Shown here piece by piece: positions 59,903-64,000 of a stretch of DNA of 64,000 nucleotides. Origin of the DNA: Eledone cirrhosa. Its lineage: Eukaryota. Made by a program: the position numbers and the translations under genes. The stretch is taken from contig OZ024741.1 of the NCBI GenBank assembly GCA_964016885.1, forward strand, positions 256,556,001 to 256,620,000, read 5' to 3'. The notes beneath the pieces were generated by a model. The model ran no database searches, was not told the origin of the DNA, and worked only from the letters and a program-made list of their open reading frames with translations. Within the stretch, counting starts at the first letter, position 1. Every line of letters begins with the position of its first letter.

Positions 59903-61255
59903 ACGAGTGTTTCGACTTACGAGTGTTTCGACTTACGAGTGTTTCGGCTTACGATTGTTTTGACTTACGAGTGTTTTGTCTTACATGTGTTTCGACTTAT
60001 GGTGTTTCGGTTTACGAGTGTTTCGACATACGAGTGTTTTGACGTACGGGTGTTTCGATACGAGTGTTCTGACTTACGAGTGTTCTGACTTACGAGTGTT
60101 CTGACTTACGGGTGTTCTAACTTACGAGTGTTCCGACTTACGAGTGTTTCGGCTTATGAGGGTTTCGACTTACGAGTGCTTCGGCTTACGAGTGTTTCGA
60201 CTTACGAGTGTTTCGGCTTACGAGTGTTTCGAATTACGAATGTTTTGGCTTACGAGTGTTTCGGCTTACGAGTGTTTCGACTTACGAGTGTTTCGACTTG
60301 CGAGTGTTTTGACTTACGGTGTTTCTGCTTACGAGTGTTTCGACTTACGAGTGTTATGACTTACGGGTGTTTTGACATACGAGTGTTTCGATACGAGTGT
60401 TTCGACTTACGAGTGTTTTGACTTACGAGTGTTTCGAGTTACGAGTGTTTCGAATTACGAATGTTTTTACTTACGAATGTTCTGACTTACGGGTGTTTCG
60501 GCTTACGAGTGTTTCGACTTACGAGTGTTTTAACTTACGGGTGTTTCTACTTACGCGTGTTTCGACTTGCAAGTGTTTCGACTTACGAGTGTTTCGACTA
60601 CGAATGTGCCGACTTACGAGTGTTTCGACTTATGAGTGTTTCGACTTACGAGTGTTCTGACTTACGGGTGTTCCGACTGACGAGTGTTTCGGCTTACGAT
60701 TGTTTTGACTTACGGTGTTTCGGCTTACGAGTGTTCTGACTTACGAGTGTTCTGACTTACGGGTGTTCTGACTTACGAGTGTTCCGACTTACGAGTGTTT
60801 CGGCTTATGAGATTTCGACTTACGAGTGCTTCGGCTTACGAGTGTTTCGACCTGCGAGTGTTTCGTCTTACGAGTGTTTCGACTTACGAATGTTTTGGCT
60901 TACGAGTGTTTCGGCTTACGAGTGTTTCGAATTACGAATGTTTCGACTTACGAGTGTTTTGACTTACGGTGTTTCGGCTTACGAGTGTTTCGACTTACGA
61001 GTGTTTTAACTTACGGGTGTTTCGACTTACGCGTGTTTCGACTTACGAGTGTTCTGACTTACGAGTGTTCTGACTTACGAGTGTTCTGACTTACGAGTGT
61101 TCCGACTTACGAGTGTTTCGACTTACGAGTGTTTTGACTTACGCGTGTTTCGACTTACGAGTGTTTCGACTTACGAGTGTTTCGACTTACAAATGTTCCG
61201 ACTTACGAGTGTTTCTAATTACGAGTGTTTCGGCTTACGAGTGTTTCGACTTACG

Positions 61256-61335
61256 AAAATAACATATAGACGCGGTTTCAAATATCTATGCTTTTCAAAT
61301 TCATTACATTAATCTTTATTTATACGTTTCGCTTT
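61256..61335. repeat. 80-bp AT-rich interspersed unit, copy 5
   Basis: 80-mer with variants AACATATAG and AAATATCTATG. Confidence 0.95.
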
Positions 61336-62113
61336 ACGAGTGTTTCGGCGTACGAGTGTTTCGACTTACGAGTGTTTTAACTTACGGTTGTTTCGACTTA
61401 CGAGTGTTTCGACTTACGAATGTTTTGACTTACTTCGACTTACGAGTGATCTGACTTACGAGTGTTCCTACTTACGAGTGTTTCGACTTACGAGTGTTTC
61501 GGCTTACGAGTGTTTCGGTGTTTCGGCTTACGTGTGTTTCGACTTACGAGTGTTTTGACTTACGAGTGTTTCGGCTTATGAGTGTTTCGACTTACGAGTG
61601 CTTCGGCTTACGAGTGTTTCGACTTACGAGTGTTTCGGCTTACGAGTGTTTCAACGTACGAATGTTTTGGCTTACGAGTGTTTCGGCTTATGAGTGTTTC
61701 GACTTACGAGTGTTTCGGCTTACGAGTGTTTCAGTGTTTCGGCTTACGTGTGTTTCGACTTACGAGTGTTTCGACTTACGAGTGTTTCGGCTTACGAGTG
61801 TTTCGGCTTACGAGTGTTTCGGCTTAAGAGTGTTTCGACTTACGAGTGTTTCGACTTACGAGTGTTTCGACTTACGAGTGTTTCGACTTACGAGTGTTTT
61901 GACTTACGGTGTTTCGGCTTACGAGTGTTTCGACTTACGAGTGTTTTGACTTACTGGTGTTTTGACATACGAGTGTTTCGATACGAGTGTTTCGACTTAC
62001 GAGTGTTCTGACTTACGAGTGTTCTGACTTACGAGTGTTCTGACTTACGAGTGTTCCGACTTACGAGTGTTTCGGCTCACCAGTGTTTCGGCTTACGAGT
62101 GTTTCGACTTATG

Positions 62114-62193
62114 AAAATAACAAATAGACGCGGTTTCAAATCTCTATGCTTTTCAAATTCATTACATTAATATTTATTTATACGTTTCGCTTT
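62114..62193. repeat. 80-bp AT-rich interspersed unit, copy 6
   Basis: 80-mer with variant ATTAATATTT. Confidence 0.95.
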
Positions 62194-63404
62194 ACGAGTG
62201 TTTCGACTTACGAGTGTTTCGACTTACGAGTGTTTCGGCTTACGATTGTTTTGACTTACGAGTGTTTTGACTTACATGTGTTTCGACTTACGCGTGTTTC
62301 GGCTTACGAGTGTTTCGAATTACGAGTGTTCTGACTACGAGTGTTCTGACTTACGGGTGTTCTCTCTTACGAGTGTTCCGACTTACGAGTGTTTCGGCTT
62401 ATGAGTGTTTCGACTTACGGGTGTTTCGGCTTTCGAGTGTTTCGACTTACGAGTGTTTCGGGTTACGAGTGTTTCGACTTACGAATGTTTACGCTTACGA
62501 GTGTTTCGGCTAAACGAGTGTTTCGACTTACGAGTGTTTCGACTTACGAGTGTTTTGACTTACGGTTTTTCGGCTTGCGAGTGTTTCGACATACGAGTGT
62601 TTTGACTTACGAGTGTTTCGGCTTACGAGTGTTCTGACTTACGAGTGTTCTGACTTGCGAGTGTTCCGACTTACGAGTGTTTCGGCTTACGAGTGTTTCG
62701 ACATACGAGTGTTTTGACATACGGATGTTTCGACTTACGGGTGTTTCGACTTACGAGTGTTTCGACTTACGAGTGTTCTGACTACGAGTGTTCTGACTTA
62801 CGGGTGCTCTGACTTACGAGTGTTTCGACTTACGAGTGTTTCGACTTATGAGTGTTTCGGCTTACGAGTGTTTTGACTTACGAGTGTTCTGACTACGAGT
62901 GTTCTGACTTACGAGTGTTTCGGCTTATGAGTGTTTCGACTTACGAGTGTTTCGGCTTATGAGTGTTTCGACTTACGAGTGTTTCGGCTTACGAGTGTTT
63001 CGACTTACGAGTGTTTCGACTACGAGTGTTTCGACTTACGAGTGTTTCGGCTTACGAGTGTTTCGACATACGGGTGTTTCGACTTACGGTGTTTCGGCTT
63101 CCGAGTGTTTCGGCTTACGAGTGTTTCGGCTTACGAGTGTTTCGACTTACGAGTGTTTCGACTTACGAGTGTTTCGACTTACGAGTGTTTCGACTTACGA
63201 GTATTTTGACTTACGGTGTTTCGGCTTACGAGTGTTTCGACTTACGAGTGTTTTGACTTACTGGTGTTTTGACATACGAGTGTTTCGATACAGGTGTTTC
63301 GACTTACGAGTGTTCTGACTTACGAGTGTTCTGACTTACGAGTGTTCTAACTTACGAGTGTTCTGACTTACGAGTGTTCTGACTTACGAGTGTTTCGACT
63401 TACG

Positions 63405-63484
63405 AAAATAACAAATAGACGCGGTTTCAAATCTCTATGCTTTTCATATTCATTACATTAATCTTTATTTATACGTTTCGCCTT
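63405..63484. repeat. 80-bp AT-rich interspersed unit, copy 7
   Basis: 80-mer with variants TTCATATTC and TTCGCCTT. Confidence 0.95.
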
Positions 63485-63821
63485 ACGAGTGTTTCGACTT
63501 ACGAGTGTTTCGACTTACGAGTGTTTCGGCTTACGATTGTTTTGACTTACGAGTGTTTTGACTTACGGGTGTTTTGACATACGAGTGTTTCGATACGAGT
63601 GTTCTGACTTACGAGTGTTCTGACTTACGAGTGTTCTGACTTACGAGTGTTCTGACTTACGAGTGTTCTGACATACGTGTGTTCTGACTAACGAGTGTTC
63701 CGATTTACGAGTGTTTCGGCTTATGAGTGTTTCGACTTACGAATGTTTTTGCTTACGGGTGTTTCGACTTACGAATGTTTTTGCTTACGAGTGTTTCGGC
63801 TTACGAGTGTTTCGACTTACG

Positions 63822-63901
63822 AAAATAACAAATAGACGTGGTTTCAAATCTCTATGCTTTTCAAATTCATTACATTAATCTTTATTTACACGTTTCGCTT
63901 T
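63822..63901. repeat. 80-bp AT-rich interspersed unit, copy 8
   Basis: 80-mer with variants GACGTGG and TTTACACG. Confidence 0.95.
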
Positions 63902-64000
63902 ACTAGTGTTTCGACTTACGAGTGTTCTGACTTACGAGTGTTCTGACTTACGTGTGTTTCGACTTACGAGTGTTCTGACTTACGAGTGTTCTGACTTACG

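Larger units (their letters stand above)
56460..64000. repeat. 16-bp CpG-rich satellite (consensus GACTTACGAGTGTTTC, about 430 copies) with interspersed 80-bp units, runs off the right edge of the window
   Basis: Seen directly: head-to-tail 16-mers with common variants TTTCGAC/TTCTGAC/TTTTGAC/TTCCGAC/TTTCGGC and occasional 14-15 bp deletion monomers, all in one orientation. Confidence 0.97.

Noticed and set aside
56512-63318. Many short ORFs (LRVFRLTSVSTYECFD) in the 16-bp satellite
   Set aside because: A 16-bp period cycles through all three frames every 48 bp and gives the same peptide in each. The ORFs end at common TGA-forming variants.
56671-63901. CRISPR-like layout of a constant repeat separated by variable segments
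   Set aside because: The constant unit is 80 bp and the intervening segments are 270-1770 bp of 16-bp satellite rather than unique 25-45 bp spacers. There are no cas genes or leader.
56460-64000. 16-bp repeat as a telomerase-synthesised telomeric tract
   Set aside because: Monomers are heterogeneous, lack G-runs, show kb-scale duplications and are interrupted by 80-bp units. I do not recognise the unit as a known telomere repeat, although a subtelomeric location cannot be excluded.

Overview
The window is entirely tandem-repetitive DNA, most likely from a long-read eukaryotic assembly (inference). It has two arrays that abut sharply. (1) 1-56459 is a T/G-rich minisatellite of about 1,500 monomers, mostly 33-39 bp, consensus GTCAGTGCCAGT(GTT)n[GTA]GTTGTTGCTGTTTTC(TCT/TGT). 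It is built from multi-kb higher-order cassettes that are reused in shuffled order. Its triplet structure produces all the giant Val/Cys/Thr/Asn-rich ORFs in the track. Every frame is broken by stops or 1-bp frameshifts, many of them copied along with the cassettes, so I call no confident CDS. (2) 56460-64000 is a CpG-rich 16-bp satellite (GACTTACGAGTGTTTC, about 430 copies) interrupted at irregular spacing by eight near-identical 80-bp AT-rich units. I found no recognisable gene, RNA gene, transposase or CRISPR array. The composite 16-bp/80-bp array, the abrupt junction and the possible coding ancestry of the minisatellite most deserve follow-up. The sequence alone does not establish a new biological system.
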